64,000 bases of DNA from Escherichia phage HK3: the sequence record PP526765, one strand, 5' to 3'. The position numbers were made by a program, and so were the translations under genes. Each line of letters starts with the position of its first letter. Position 1 is the first letter of the stretch. Shown one piece after another: positions 34,733-45,094 of the stretch. Under the pieces are notes generated by a model. The model was not told the origin of the DNA and did not search any database. It saw only the letters and a program-made list of their open reading frames with translations.

Positions 34733-34808
34733 AGCGGTATAGCATAACTGGCAATGCAACAGTCTCTGAAGCTGTCTTATTAAGGTTCAAATCCTTATGC
34801 CGCTGCCA
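34733..34808 (+). tRNA. tRNA-Gln (anticodon CUG)
   Basis: D-stem GCAT/ATGC, anticodon stem ACAGT/GCTGT, loop CTCTGAA, T-arm TAAGG-TTCAAAT-CCTTA, CCA. Confidence 0.65.
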
Positions 34809-34839
34809 CTTCTAAGGATTCTTACGAGAGTCCTTAAAT

Positions 34840-34915
34840 GTGGCCTTATCATAAACGGTAATGACCCATGCTGTGAACATGGTCTATACGGGTTCAAATC
34901 CCGTAGGTCACCCCA
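34840..34915 (+). tRNA. tRNA-His (anticodon GUG)
   Basis: D-stem TCAT/ATGA, perfect anticodon stem CCATG/CATGG, loop CTGTGAA, T-arm ACGGG-TTCAAAT-CCCGT, C73, CCA. Confidence 0.65.
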
Positions 34916-34920
34916 ATTTA

Positions 34921-34997
34921 TAGTCCAAGTAGCTTATATGGTTAAAGCGCGTGTCTGAAAAACATGAGAAGAGGGTTCAAATCCCACTGGATTACCA
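34921..34997 (+). tRNA. tRNA-Phe (anticodon GAA)
   Basis: anticodon stem CGTGT/ACATG, loop CTGAAAA, T-loop TTCAAAT; acceptor register uncertain by 1 nt. Confidence 0.5.
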
Positions 34998-35013
34998 ATT
35001 TCAAAGGTGCTTA

Positions 35014-35748
35014 ATGAAAGAGATGACAGAACAAGGTAAGGAGATTTTTAATCTCTTAAAAACTGGTAAAGGGTTTTCTAACCCCCTTATTACTGGTGCA
35101 GCAGTTCTCGGTGGAACCGTAGCTGCCTCTACATCACTTGTAAGCTCTATTAGCTCTGTAACAGACCCTACAATAAAGGATAAACTTATTGCTGCTGGAC
35201 TTACAACAGTTCTGCTTAACAGCTTTACAACGAGTCTGACAAGCACTACAGCAACTACTAAGACCCTAACAGACTATGGTCAAAAATCTATTGATGAGTT
35301 TTCATCACGTATGCAGGTAGCAAAGGGATACTCCAATGTTATGGGTGCAGTAGGAGAACAAGTTGGTTGTACACCATTTAGTGGTATTATGGGTGTTGCT
35401 ACAGAGTATGGTCAAAAAGCTATGGATACAATTAACAGCACACTAGATGGCGTTAATGATGTATTAAGCGACTTACAGGATGCTATTGATAAAGGTCTTA
35501 ATACTATTTCTGATTTAGCTAACCAAGCTGTTAGTAAGATTAATGAAGGTATCTCAAAGATTACAGCTTATGCAGATGAAGTTGTGCAGATGATTGAAGA
35601 AGAAGCTGCCCTTATTGCAGAGTACCTTAAAACGAATATCAATGGGTTCTTAGCAGGTATCTTACCAGACTGGTTTGATGATGCTTGTAAAACTGGTGTG
35701 ATTGACACTATTGCAACACCAGAAATGAAGAACGCATTACAGAAATAA
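35014..35748 (+). CDS. Ser/Thr-rich hypothetical protein (about 244 aa)
   Basis: ATG at 35014 after AAAGGTG; track ORF 34951..35748 would overlap the tRNA-Phe gene. Confidence 0.5.
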   Translation: MKEMTEQGKEIFNLLKTGKGFSNPLITGAAVLGGTVAASTSLVSSISSVTDPTIKDKLIAAGLTTVLLNSFTTSLTSTTATTKTLTDYGQKSIDEFSSRMQVAKGYSNVMGAVGEQVGCTPFSGIMGVATEYGQKAMDTINSTLDGVNDVLSDLQDAIDKGLNTISDLANQAVSKINEGISKITAYADEVVQMIEEEAALIAEYLKTNINGFLAGILPDWFDDACKTGVIDTIATPEMKNALQK

Positions 35749-35749
35749 C

Positions 35750-35842
35750 GGAAGATTAACCCTAAAAGGTAAGGGAGCAGTTTGCTAAACTGCCAGTAGC
35801 TGAGAAATCGGTGTACCAGTTCAAGTCTGGTATCTTCCTCCA
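35750..35842 (+). tRNA. tRNA-Ser (anticodon GCU), long variable arm
   Basis: acceptor GGAAGAT/ATCTTCC, perfect anticodon stem GCAGT/ACTGC, loop TTGCTAA, 21-nt variable arm, T-arm ACCAG-TTCAAGT-CTGGT, CCA. Confidence 0.65.
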
Positions 35843-35846
35843 ATTT

Positions 35847-35922
35847 GAATCCGTGACAGAAATGGCTATGTACCTGTCTGCAAAACAGGTTTATAAGGGT
35901 TCGAGTCCCTTCGGATTCTCCA
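35847..35922 (+). tRNA. tRNA-Cys (anticodon GCA)
   Basis: perfect acceptor GAATCCG/CGGATTC, anticodon stem CCTGT/ACAGG, loop CTGCAAA, T-arm AAGGG-TTCGAGT-CCCTT, CCA. Confidence 0.7.
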
Positions 35923-35959
35923 AGTTATTTTACTCTCTCTCAATTAAAATAATAATAAT

Positions 35960-36019
35960 GCCCTGCTATAAGTATTCTTCCTTTCGCTACCGAAGAGTAT
36001 TTTTAGACAGGGCTTTTTT
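35960..36019 (+). terminator. long hairpin terminator after the tRNA cluster
   Basis: GCCCTG...CAGGGC stem with nested TATTCTTC/GAAGAGTA pairing, then TTTTTT. Confidence 0.6.
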
Positions 36020-36084
36020 ACAGAGTTATACTTTATAAGAAGACTTATACAGTATGTCTCTGACGTACATTGTGGTTTCTCCTT

Positions 36085-36109
36085 GACGGTCTCTGTACCG
36101 TCTTTTTTA
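36085..36109 (+). terminator. rho-independent terminator
   Basis: GACGGT-CTCTGT-ACCGTC hairpin plus TTTTTT. Confidence 0.6.
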
Positions 36110-36144
36110 AGGAGAAACATGGTTAATTATTTGGAGAAAACATA

Positions 36145-36345
36145 ATGAGCGAGACCGTTTATAAAGAACTTTATGAAGCCAATAAAAAGCTGGAATTTAT
36201 GCAGACTACTATTATGGCAATTGCAGACAGATTGTCTGTAGCAACAGGTATTGATATCAAAGAAGCCTCTATGGATGCACTTCTTGATGCTGTTGATGCA
36301 AAGTTCGAAGTTAAGAAAGAAGAGACTGCTACAGACTCTGAATAA
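36145..36345 (+). CDS. small acidic protein (66 aa)
   Basis: ORF track; immediately upstream of the large terminase. Confidence 0.45.
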   Translation: MSETVYKELYEANKKLEFMQTTIMAIADRLSVATGIDIKEASMDALLDAVDAKFEVKKEETATDSE

Positions 36346-36366
36346 TTCTATTTGCGGAGGTGCTTA

Positions 36367-37968
36367 ATGGACTTAAATGCTGTTAAGCAGAAGCGAGTGG
36401 AAGATGTTAGGAAAGTCCTAGCTGGAGAGTTGGGGCTTTCTGATGAAGTAAAAGAAATTATCAAATCATTCGGTAAAGACCCCTCTAAATTCCTTCCAAC
36501 TCAAATTCTGACTTTATTAAGATACACACCAGACCAAGTTAGACTTATCTTCAAATTGATGACTGATAAGAACTATGTAGCCCCTCAGCCGGGTTCTCAA
36601 GAGGTGTTTTTAAATACTAATGCTGACTTGGTTTTATATGGTGGTGCTGCTGGTGCTGGTAAAACTGCTGCATTGTTAATGGACTCTTTAAGGTTTATTG
36701 AAGACCCTAACTATAATGCTGTATATTTCCGTCGAAATACAACACAGTTACAAGGTGGTTTATGGCCTGCTGCAAAGAAACTATTTGGTAAGTTTGGTGG
36801 GGTTCCTCACGAGCAGAAGATGACTATCACATTCCCTTCTGGGGCAACTATCAAGTTCACCTACCTAGAACTTGAAAAGCACGCTGAAGGTCATCAGGGT
36901 ATTGAATACTCAGCTATTTACTTTGACGAAGGTACACACTTCTCTGCTTCACAGATTTCATACCTACAGACTCGTCTGCGTTCTGGTGCTGAAGGTGACT
37001 CATACATGAAGATTTCCATGAACCCAGATAGAGACCACTTCATTTATGATTGGGTAGAACCCTTCTTAGATGAAGAAGGTTACCCAGACCCTGAGAAGTG
37101 CGGTCGTATTCGTTGGTATGTTATGAATGATGGTGTGATGGTTTCTGATTGGGAAAGAGACAAGATTCTTGAAATGTTCCCTCTTGAGATTCCTCAGACA
37201 TACACCTTCATCTCTGGTACGATTGATGATAACCCAATTCTTGACTTCTTAGAACCTAAATATCGTGGTAAGTTGGAAAACAACACACCTGTAAACGTTG
37301 CAAGACTTCGTTTCGGTAACTGGAAGGCTCGTGCAGAAGGTTCAAACTATTGGCAAAGACAATGGTGTGAGATTGTTGATTCACTCCCAGAAGATGTGTT
37401 TGATGTCAGAGCATGGGACTTAGCAGCGACTTTACCATCTGAAATTAACCCTAACCCAGACTGGACAGCGGGTGTTAAGATGGGTAAATCTAAAAAAGAC
37501 GGTTGCTATTATATCATTGATGTAGTAAGATTTAGAGATAGACCCTCTGGAGTCGAAACACAAATTAATTTGACTGCTGAAAGTGACGGTAAGCGAACTG
37601 GTATTTTTATCCCTCAAGACCCAGGCGCTGCTGGTAAATCCTATGCAACATCCCTCATCAGGAAACTTGCCGAGAAAGGTTATCGCGCAAGAGCTAAACC
37701 AACAAATAAAGATAAAGTTACCCGCTTTGCGGGATTTTCTGCTGCTTCGGAAGCTGGACTTGTAAAAGTCTTGAGAGGCAGTTGGAACGAAGCTTACTTT
37801 CAAGAACTTGAAGGCTTTTGTGGTGATGGTAAAACGAAAGATGACCAAGTGGATGCTACCAGTGATGCTTTCAACAGTCTTAACGAAGTTAAATTATTCA
37901 AGCCACCATCAATGGGTGCTCACACAGATTTAGTGAGAGGAAACCCATATGAGGGGCTTAGACGTTGA
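36367..37968 (+). CDS. terL: terminase large subunit
   Basis: Walker A LYGGAAGAGKT; size about 530 aa; GCGGAGGTG Shine-Dalgarno before ATG 36367 (track ORF starts at TTG 36352). Confidence 0.8.
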   Translation: MDLNAVKQKRVEDVRKVLAGELGLSDEVKEIIKSFGKDPSKFLPTQILTLLRYTPDQVRLIFKLMTDKNYVAPQPGSQEVFLNTNADLVLYGGAAGAGKTAALLMDSLRFIEDPNYNAVYFRRNTTQLQGGLWPAAKKLFGKFGGVPHEQKMTITFPSGATIKFTYLELEKHAEGHQGIEYSAIYFDEGTHFSASQISYLQTRLRSGAEGDSYMKISMNPDRDHFIYDWVEPFLDEEGYPDPEKCGRIRWYVMNDGVMVSDWERDKILEMFPLEIPQTYTFISGTIDDNPILDFLEPKYRGKLENNTPVNVARLRFGNWKARAEGSNYWQRQWCEIVDSLPEDVFDVRAWDLAATLPSEINPNPDWTAGVKMGKSKKDGCYYIIDVVRFRDRPSGVETQINLTAESDGKRTGIFIPQDPGAAGKSYATSLIRKLAEKGYRARAKPTNKDKVTRFAGFSAASEAGLVKVLRGSWNEAYFQELEGFCGDGKTKDDQVDATSDAFNSLNEVKLFKPPSMGAHTDLVRGNPYEGLRR

Positions 37969-37984
37969 TAGCTAGGTGAGAAGA

Positions 37985-39451
37985 ATGGCAGATATTACAG
38001 AAACACAAGAAAGCTTACCACCATTTAGAATGGGTGAAGTAGGTTCTTTGGGTCTGAAGGTTAAGAATGGAAGAATCTATGAAGAACCTCGTCAGGCACT
38101 AAGGTTCCCCGAAAGTATTAAAACTTTCCAATTAATGATGCGTGACCCTGCTGTAGCAGCATCTGTAAATATTATTAAGATGTTTGTCAGAAAAGTCAAC
38201 TGGAGATTCGTACCTCCAAAGGGAAAAGAGCAAGACCCTAAAATGCTTGAAAGAGCAGACTTCTTTAATTCTTTAATGGATGACATGGAGCATGATTGGG
38301 CAGATTTTATTAACTCTGTAATGTCATTCTGCACTTATGGGTTCTGTGTTAATGAGAAGGTTTATAAGAAACGTCAGGGTAAGAAAGGAAAGTACCAGTC
38401 TAAGTTTGATGATGGTCTAATTGGATGGGCTAAGTTACCAATCAGAAACCAATCAACGCTTGATAAGTGGTACTTTGACGAAGACTTTAGAAAAGTTACT
38501 GGTGTTAGACAGAATCTGAGAAATGTTTCACATATTGCTGGAGCAATTAATCTTGGAGAAAGACCACTAACAAGAAAACTCCCACGAGCTAAATTCATGC
38601 TGTTTAAGTATGATGATGAGTATGGTAACCCAGAAGGTCGTTCACCATTACTTAACGCTTATGTACCGTGGAAGTATAAAGTACAGATTGAAGAGTATGA
38701 AGCTGTTGGTGTTTCAAGAGACTTAGTAGGTATGCCAAAGATTGGTTTACCACCAGATTATCTGGATGAAAATGCAGAACCTGAAAAGAAAGCTTTCGTA
38801 CAATACTGCAAAACTGTTGTTAATGATATGATTGCTAATGACAGAGCAGGTTTAATCTGGCCTAGATATATCGACCCAGATACTAAAGAGGATATCTTTG
38901 AGTTCTCATTAGTTTCTAGACAGGGTGCTAAAGCATATGACACAGGCTCTATTATTGACAGATATTCCAAGCAAATTATGATGGCATTTATGTCAGATGT
39001 TCTTGCTATGGGTCAGTCAAAATACGGTTCATTCTCTCTTGCAGATTCTAAGACAAGCTTATTAGCAATGTCAGTAGATATTCTGCTGAAGCAAATTAAG
39101 AACGTAATTAACCGTGATTTAGTTGCACAGACTTATGCTCTTAATATGTGGGACGATGAAGAACATGTACAAATCACATATGATGATATCGAAACTCCAG
39201 ACCTTGAAGTAATTGGTTCTTACATTCAGAAGACTGTTGCAGTAGGTGCTTTGGAAGTTGACAAAGAGCTATCTAATAAACTTAGAGAGCATATTGGTCT
39301 TCCTCCTGCTGATGAGTCTCAGCCAGTATCTGAAAAGCTTTCTCCAAATACCCAAAGCCGTTCAGGAGATGGCTATAAGACCGCTGGAGAAGGTACTGCA
39401 AAGACACCTTCAGCGAAAGACCCAAGCACAGCAAATAAGGCAAATAAATAA
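37985..39451 (+). CDS. portal protein (putative)
   Basis: about 490-aa ORF directly after terL; ATG 37985 with AGGTGAG upstream. Confidence 0.6.
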   Translation: MADITETQESLPPFRMGEVGSLGLKVKNGRIYEEPRQALRFPESIKTFQLMMRDPAVAASVNIIKMFVRKVNWRFVPPKGKEQDPKMLERADFFNSLMDDMEHDWADFINSVMSFCTYGFCVNEKVYKKRQGKKGKYQSKFDDGLIGWAKLPIRNQSTLDKWYFDEDFRKVTGVRQNLRNVSHIAGAINLGERPLTRKLPRAKFMLFKYDDEYGNPEGRSPLLNAYVPWKYKVQIEEYEAVGVSRDLVGMPKIGLPPDYLDENAEPEKKAFVQYCKTVVNDMIANDRAGLIWPRYIDPDTKEDIFEFSLVSRQGAKAYDTGSIIDRYSKQIMMAFMSDVLAMGQSKYGSFSLADSKTSLLAMSVDILLKQIKNVINRDLVAQTYALNMWDDEEHVQITYDDIETPDLEVIGSYIQKTVAVGALEVDKELSNKLREHIGLPPADESQPVSEKLSPNTQSRSGDGYKTAGEGTAKTPSAKDPSTANKANK

Positions 39452-39951
39452 TGGCTGAAGTTATCTCTATTTCAAATGCTACACGAGTGCATTCGTATAG
39501 AGGTGTTCTTATCATTACTGATAAGTTATCTGTAGAGGCTGGCTCAAGGGTCAGCCTTTCAGGTTATGTTGGTGATGGTGGAACCTCTGACGTTTTCACT
39601 ATTTGTAGGTTACTTGATGCACCAATGAGTGGAAAACCGTTTATTTCAGGAAATTGTAGTGAAATTGTTAAAATTCCATTTGACAGTTCATGCCTTTTGG
39701 GTGTAAAGTTATATAACTGCGAGAATAAACGTATCAATGTTAATAGCATTGAAGCCGCTTTCATTACCCTCGACACTGCATTTCAATCTCCAATGACAGT
39801 TAATAAAGAAACAAACAGACTTGAATACATTTTTTCACAAAATGATTACAAAGTACTTGTCAAAGGTAAAGTATATGATATGATTGTAAATGTGGTAGAT
39901 GAATCTGGTAACCATTCAACAGTCCTTAAACAAAAAGTAAGGTTTAATTAA
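39451..39951 (+). CDS. hypothetical head-module protein (166 aa)
   Basis: ORF track; coupled starts. Confidence 0.5.
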   Translation: MAEVISISNATRVHSYRGVLIITDKLSVEAGSRVSLSGYVGDGGTSDVFTICRLLDAPMSGKPFISGNCSEIVKIPFDSSCLLGVKLYNCENKRINVNSIEAAFITLDTAFQSPMTVNKETNRLEYIFSQNDYKVLVKGKVYDMIVNVVDESGNHSTVLKQKVRFN

Positions 39952-40283
39952 TGGGAACATTAACTATTGATGGTAAGAATAAAATCCTCGCCACGCTAAC
40001 CCCAACGACTATTATTTTACACAATGTAGACCCAACGGCAGACCCTACAGCAAATAAGGTTACTCAGCCAGTGGCTATTTATTTTTCTGAACCGGATAAT
40101 GGCTTGATTGCCTCAGAAGACACAGTTAATATTACTGTCCCAGCTTCTGCAACGGTCTCACACTATAGCTTGTGGGATGCTAACGATAAATGCGTGGCAA
40201 CTGGTGCTCTTAGCAAACCTCAATTCTTTGCTGAAGAAGGTATCTATGTTATCTCTTCAGTCTCTGTAGATTTAAACAAATAG
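39951..40283 (+). CDS. hypothetical head-module protein (110 aa)
   Basis: ORF track. Confidence 0.5.
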   Translation: MGTLTIDGKNKILATLTPTTIILHNVDPTADPTANKVTQPVAIYFSEPDNGLIASEDTVNITVPASATVSHYSLWDANDKCVATGALSKPQFFAEEGIYVISSVSVDLNK

Positions 40284-40294
40284 GGTGAGTAAAA

Positions 40295-41641
40295 ATGAGT
40301 TCGAATATCTTCAGACTTGCTGATAGATTGTTCAACCAACCTTTACTAGCCACTGAATCATTAGCTCACTCAGCAGCAACTTATGTGAATAACAGATTGC
40401 TGGGTGATGTCCAAGCAGCAGTAAACTTTGATAAACCCAAAGGTGAAGCAAGAAGTCTTTTAAAAGTAAAAGATGACATTGCTATTATTCCTATTATGGG
40501 TGGTTTAACTCATCGTATGACATTCATTGATGCAATGTGTACAGGTGGTTTAAGCTCTTATGAAGGTTTGCGTAGAGGCTTTGACGAAGCTTTAGCAGAT
40601 GAGTCAATTAAGACTATTGTTCTGCATATTGATTCTGGTGGTGGTGAAGCTTCAGGTTGCTTTGAATTAGCACGTCACATCATGGCTTCAAGAGGCCAAA
40701 AGAAAATTATTGCTTATGTAGATGAGTTCGCTTGTTCCGCTGCATATGCTCTTGCATCTTCTGCTGAAGAAATTATTGCATCACCAGATGCAGATGTTGG
40801 TTCTATTGGTGTAATCATGGTTCATCAGGAATTAACTAAGGCATTTGAAAAGAATGGCGTAACAATTAACGTCATCAAAGCTGGTGAGTTTAAAGGTATG
40901 GGTTCACCATTCCAAGCACTCTCAGAAGAAAGCAAAGAAAGACTTCAAAAGAGAATTAATGATACCTACGCAACCTTTACAGGTTTTGTAGCTGAATCTC
41001 GTAATCTCTCTGAAGAAGCTGTAAAGAATACTGAGGCGAATGTTTATTCTGCTCAGGAAGCTCTTGAACTTGGTTTAATTAACTCAATCATGTCTCAAGA
41101 TGATTTCTTAAATTACTTACAAGGTTCTGAAGAGGCTCCTGTAAGTTTAAACGTTAACAATTCAGGTGAAGAAATGACTGAACAAGAAAAGCAAGAACTA
41201 GAAGCTTTGCGTCTTCAGGTTGCTCAAATGAAAGCTAAAGAACAGGAAGCTGCTTTGTCAGATTTGACTAATAAGATTTCTGCTTCTGCTGAAGCTTTTG
41301 GATTTGATGCAAAAGAAGCTGCAACGACTATTTTAGGTGCTGGTCTTGATAACCCTCTGAGTGTTCTGTTTATGAATGCTATGGAAGGTGCTAACCAGAA
41401 ACTTAATGAAACTATCGCATCCCATGCTTCTGCAATGGAAGAAAAAGAATCAGAAATTACCAAGTTGAAAGAAACTGCTGGTGCTGTTCTTGAACATTCC
41501 AACGCTATGGAAGAAGTGGGTAATGACGGCGAAGCTGATTTGGTTGAAGAAGAAAAAGAACCAGCTAAGAATGCTTCCGAAGACACTGCTGAACAACGCA
41601 AACTGGCTCTCCAGAATGCTCTAAAATCTCTTATCAAATAA
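40295..41641 (+). CDS. prohead serine protease (SppA/ClpP-like) fused to a coiled-coil scaffold-like C-terminal region
   Basis: IVLHIDSGGGEASG...EFACSAAYALAS resembles the S49/ClpP fold; C-terminal third is helical and E/K/A-rich. Confidence 0.6.
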   Translation: MSSNIFRLADRLFNQPLLATESLAHSAATYVNNRLLGDVQAAVNFDKPKGEARSLLKVKDDIAIIPIMGGLTHRMTFIDAMCTGGLSSYEGLRRGFDEALADESIKTIVLHIDSGGGEASGCFELARHIMASRGQKKIIAYVDEFACSAAYALASSAEEIIASPDADVGSIGVIMVHQELTKAFEKNGVTINVIKAGEFKGMGSPFQALSEESKERLQKRINDTYATFTGFVAESRNLSEEAVKNTEANVYSAQEALELGLINSIMSQDDFLNYLQGSEEAPVSLNVNNSGEEMTEQEKQELEALRLQVAQMKAKEQEAALSDLTNKISASAEAFGFDAKEAATTILGAGLDNPLSVLFMNAMEGANQKLNETIASHASAMEEKESEITKLKETAGAVLEHSNAMEEVGNDGEADLVEEEKEPAKNASEDTAEQRKLALQNALKSLIK

Positions 41642-41652
41642 GGAACACAATA

Positions 41653-42030
41653 ATGGCATATCAAGGTTTTACTAAGTTAGGTAAAAGAGAACCTCTGAAT
41701 GATATCATTCTTTGGGAACAGGTTACCCCAACAGGCCACTCTCGTAAAGAGTATACTCCAAAAGCTTCTACAGAATACCGTGTAGGTGAAGTTCTGAAAG
41801 CAGATGGCTCTAAAGTTGCAGCAGGAGAAGAATCTCAGGCTGATTCTGTATGTATCGTTAACTTTTATGCAGACCTGCAACTGTCTTACCACGGTCAGTT
41901 GAAAGTTGTTGGTATCCACCGTGATGCAGAGCTAAAAGACCTGCTAATTCTTGAATCAAGCGTTGATGCTGCTGAAGTCAAGAAAGCTCTGGCTGCTAAA
42001 GGTATTGATTTCGTACCAACTGGCCTGTAA
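41653..42030 (+). CDS. hypothetical head protein (125 aa)
   Basis: ORF track; between protease and capsid genes. Confidence 0.45.
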   Translation: MAYQGFTKLGKREPLNDIILWEQVTPTGHSRKEYTPKASTEYRVGEVLKADGSKVAAGEESQADSVCIVNFYADLQLSYHGQLKVVGIHRDAELKDLLILESSVDAAEVKKALAAKGIDFVPTGL

Positions 42031-42063
42031 TAACAATAATAAGACATTCTGGAGAATTTTACA

Positions 42064-43170
42064 ATGTTGACTAATTCTGAAAAAAGCAGATTTTTCCTTG
42101 CTGACCTGACTGGTGAAGTCCAGTCTATCCCAAATACTTATGGGTATATTTCCAACTTAGGTCTGTTCCGTTCAGCACCAATCACCCAAACTACTTTCCT
42201 TATGGACTTGACTGATTGGGATGTTAGCTTGCTTGATGCGGTAGACCGTGATAGCCGTAAAGCAGAGACTAGCGCACCTGAGCGTGTTCGTCAAATCAGC
42301 TTCCCAATGATGTACTTCAAAGAAGTTGAAAGCATTACTCCTGATGAGATTCAGGGTGTACGTCAGCCGGGTACTGCAAACGAACTGACTACTGAAGCTG
42401 TAGTACGTGCTAAGAAGCTGATGAAGATTCGTACCAAGTTCGATATTACTCGTGAGTTCCTGTTTATGCAAGCTCTGAAGGGTAAAGTTGTTGATGCTCG
42501 TGGTACTCTGTACGCTGACCTGTACAAGCAGTTCGACGTTGAGAAGAAGACTGTTTACTTCGACCTTGCCAACCCTAATGCTGACATCGACGCTTCTATC
42601 GAAGAACTGCGTATGCACATGGAAGACGAAGCTAAGACTGGCACTGTAATCAACGGCGAAGAAATTCACGTAGTTGTTGACCGTGTATTCTTCAGCAAAC
42701 TGGTTAAGCATCCTAAGATTCGTGACGCTTATCTTGCACAGCAGACTCCGCTGGCTTGGCAACAGATTACTGGTTCTCTGAGAACTGGTGGTACTGACGG
42801 CGTTCAGGCTCATATGAACACCTTCTACTACGGTGGTGTTAAGTTTGTCCAGTACAACGGTAAGTTCAAAGACAAGCGTGGTAAGGTTCACACTCTGGTG
42901 GGCATTGATGATGTAGCAGCAACTGTTGGTGTTGGTCATGCCTTCCCTAACGTATCTATGCTGGGTGAAGCTAACAACATCTTCGAAGTGGCATATGGCC
43001 CATGTCCTAAGATGGGTTATGCAAATACACTTGGTCAGGAACTGTACGTATTTGAATACGAAAAAGACCGTGACGAAGGTATTGACTTCGAAGCTCACTC
43101 TTACATGCTGCCATACTGCACTCGTCCTCAGTTGCTAGTAGATGTTCGCGCTGACGCTCAAGGTGGCTGA
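42064..43170 (+). CDS. major capsid protein (putative)
   Basis: 368-aa ORF after protease/scaffold; AGGAG-like Shine-Dalgarno; position-based call. Confidence 0.55.
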   Translation: MLTNSEKSRFFLADLTGEVQSIPNTYGYISNLGLFRSAPITQTTFLMDLTDWDVSLLDAVDRDSRKAETSAPERVRQISFPMMYFKEVESITPDEIQGVRQPGTANELTTEAVVRAKKLMKIRTKFDITREFLFMQALKGKVVDARGTLYADLYKQFDVEKKTVYFDLANPNADIDASIEELRMHMEDEAKTGTVINGEEIHVVVDRVFFSKLVKHPKIRDAYLAQQTPLAWQQITGSLRTGGTDGVQAHMNTFYYGGVKFVQYNGKFKDKRGKVHTLVGIDDVAATVGVGHAFPNVSMLGEANNIFEVAYGPCPKMGYANTLGQELYVFEYEKDRDEGIDFEAHSYMLPYCTRPQLLVDVRADAQGG

Positions 43171-43190
43171 TAAACTTAGGAGGGTTATGA

Positions 43191-43640
43191 ATGTGTTATA
43201 CAGGCGACCCAGCCAATAACCCTCTTGATAGAGTAAGAATCCTCTGCACAGACACCAATAATGATGAGATTCTTATTGAGCAGTCTGTGCTAGAGTGGTT
43301 CTATCTAGAATCTGGAAAGGATGAAAAGAAAGCAGCCATCAAAGCTCTTAAATATTTACTCTTTCAAGTAGCCAAGATGGGAGATGAGAAGGTTGGTGGT
43401 GTTTATTTACGTAACTCTTCCAGATTCAAATCTCTGAAAGCTGTTTATGACGACCTTGTTAAAAGCTCTGTTTCAGGACTACCCTATGCAGGTGGTATTA
43501 GCCAGTGTGATATTGATATGCGTCGTCAGAATCCTTGCTCTGTCAAGAAATACACAGAATATGGTGATGCTGCCAGATACGAAGGCAGAGATTACTGCAA
43601 CCGTGTTAATGGCGTATTTATTATCGAGCGAGATGAATAA
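43191..43640 (+). CDS. head-tail connector/completion protein (putative)
   Basis: ORF track; position. Confidence 0.4.
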   Translation: MCYTGDPANNPLDRVRILCTDTNNDEILIEQSVLEWFYLESGKDEKKAAIKALKYLLFQVAKMGDEKVGGVYLRNSSRFKSLKAVYDDLVKSSVSGLPYAGGISQCDIDMRRQNPCSVKKYTEYGDAARYEGRDYCNRVNGVFIIERDE

Positions 43641-44122
43641 TGGTTAAAAGGGTTATTCACCCCGCTAGAGCAAAATTAGTCGGGGCTATGAAGAACTTGC
43701 AAACGGCTAATGCTCAAGTTGGGTATTTTCAAGAACAAGGTCAACATAGCTCTGGTTTTTCTTATCCTGCTTTAATGTATTTACAAGAAGTTATTGGGGT
43801 TCCTTCAGCTTCTGGTAAAGTATATCGTAGGTTGTTTGAAATCACTATGATGCTAAACAAACAGACCTTGTTAGAGCAGACTAAGAAGAATCTATATAAG
43901 CAACTTAGCAGTCTCAATACAGACCCTTCAAATACCTTAGAAGCATTTGCAAAGAATGCTCAGAAGGCAATTAAAAGAGGTTTTGGTAATTCTGCTATCC
44001 TCCCTCCTAACGCACCTTCCACAGTTAAGAAAAAAGGCTTTAATGCACCTCTTGTTGAGACAGGTGACTTAAGGGAGAACCTTGCTTATAAAATTTCTAC
44101 TAAGAAGGGTATTAAAAAATGA
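43640..44122 (+). CDS. head-tail joining protein (putative)
   Basis: ORF track; position. Confidence 0.4.
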   Translation: MVKRVIHPARAKLVGAMKNLQTANAQVGYFQEQGQHSSGFSYPALMYLQEVIGVPSASGKVYRRLFEITMMLNKQTLLEQTKKNLYKQLSSLNTDPSNTLEAFAKNAQKAIKRGFGNSAILPPNAPSTVKKKGFNAPLVETGDLRENLAYKISTKKGIKK

Positions 44123-44520
44123 GGCTCTTAAACAGACACAGCTTTATAGTAAAGCGTAAAGTCTCTGAAGACGGTTATTATAATGATGATGGTGATTGGG
44201 TAGCTTCACAAGATATTGTTGAGGTTAACTGTAAAGGCAATATCCAGCCATACATCAAAGGTTCTGTAAAGAACGGTACACAGATTGCTTTACCGGAAGG
44301 TATTAGACTCACCGATACAAGAATCCTGTATACTGCATATAAACTTAGAACTTCAGATGATGTGGAGTGGAATGAGTCTGACATTGTTATGATTGATGGT
44401 CATGAGTATGAAGTATTTATGACTATGGATTGGTCGCAACAATTAGCCCATACGTCCCATTACGAATATATCATTATTAGAAGGGATAAAATGAATGCAG
44501 TTAGAAACAGCAGAACTTGA
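44119..44520 (+). CDS. hypothetical structural protein (133 aa)
   Basis: ORF track. Confidence 0.4.
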   Translation: MRLLNRHSFIVKRKVSEDGYYNDDGDWVASQDIVEVNCKGNIQPYIKGSVKNGTQIALPEGIRLTDTRILYTAYKLRTSDDVEWNESDIVMIDGHEYEVFMTMDWSQQLAHTSHYEYIIIRRDKMNAVRNSRT

Positions 44521-45094
44521 AAAAGGTCTAGTTAGAACCTTAGTGGATGTTATTGGTCACAGACTAGCTCGTGATAAAAATAATAGGCCAAACGTAATTA
44601 GAGCTTACCCTTCTGATAACTCAAATGACAAAGGTTTAAAACCTGACCAACCATTTATCACCGTATACTGTCAAGATGCTGCAACACCTTATGGTTGGGT
44701 TCTTGATAAGTTTGTTGAGGATGATGTAGTTTGTTATAGAATTGCTTTTCAGATTCCTGTATTAATTACGGTAAATGGTAAAGGTGCTCATAGTATTATG
44801 CTTGAGCTTAAACAACGATTAGAGATGAGTTCAGTAAGAGATTTAATTCTTGAAGAAACAGGAGCTACAGTACTAGACACTGGAGCAATCCCAAATGATT
44901 ACACTTATCTCAATACAGATTTCGAAAATTCTGCACCTCTTGTTGTAACACTTGTAAAAAACTCAGTCCTGAAAGATGAACGTGGAAGTATTATTGAGCG
45001 TGTCATTACTGATGGTGAGTTGGTTTATGAAGAAGGACAAGAGCCACCAGAATATACTATCCATCTAGATGTAGACTCCAAAGGGGTAAAATAA
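44495..45094 (+). CDS. hypothetical structural protein (199 aa)
   Basis: ORF track. Confidence 0.4.
   Translation: MQLETAELEKGLVRTLVDVIGHRLARDKNNRPNVIRAYPSDNSNDKGLKPDQPFITVYCQDAATPYGWVLDKFVEDDVVCYRIAFQIPVLITVNGKGAHSIMLELKQRLEMSSVRDLILEETGATVLDTGAIPNDYTYLNTDFENSAPLVVTLVKNSVLKDERGSIIERVITDGELVYEEGQEPPEYTIHLDVDSKGVK

Noticed and set aside
42172-43098. 308-aa minus-strand ORF
   Set aside because: Lies entirely inside the plus-strand major capsid gene within a co-directional structural operon; hydrophobic low-complexity translation, no start context; antisense artefact
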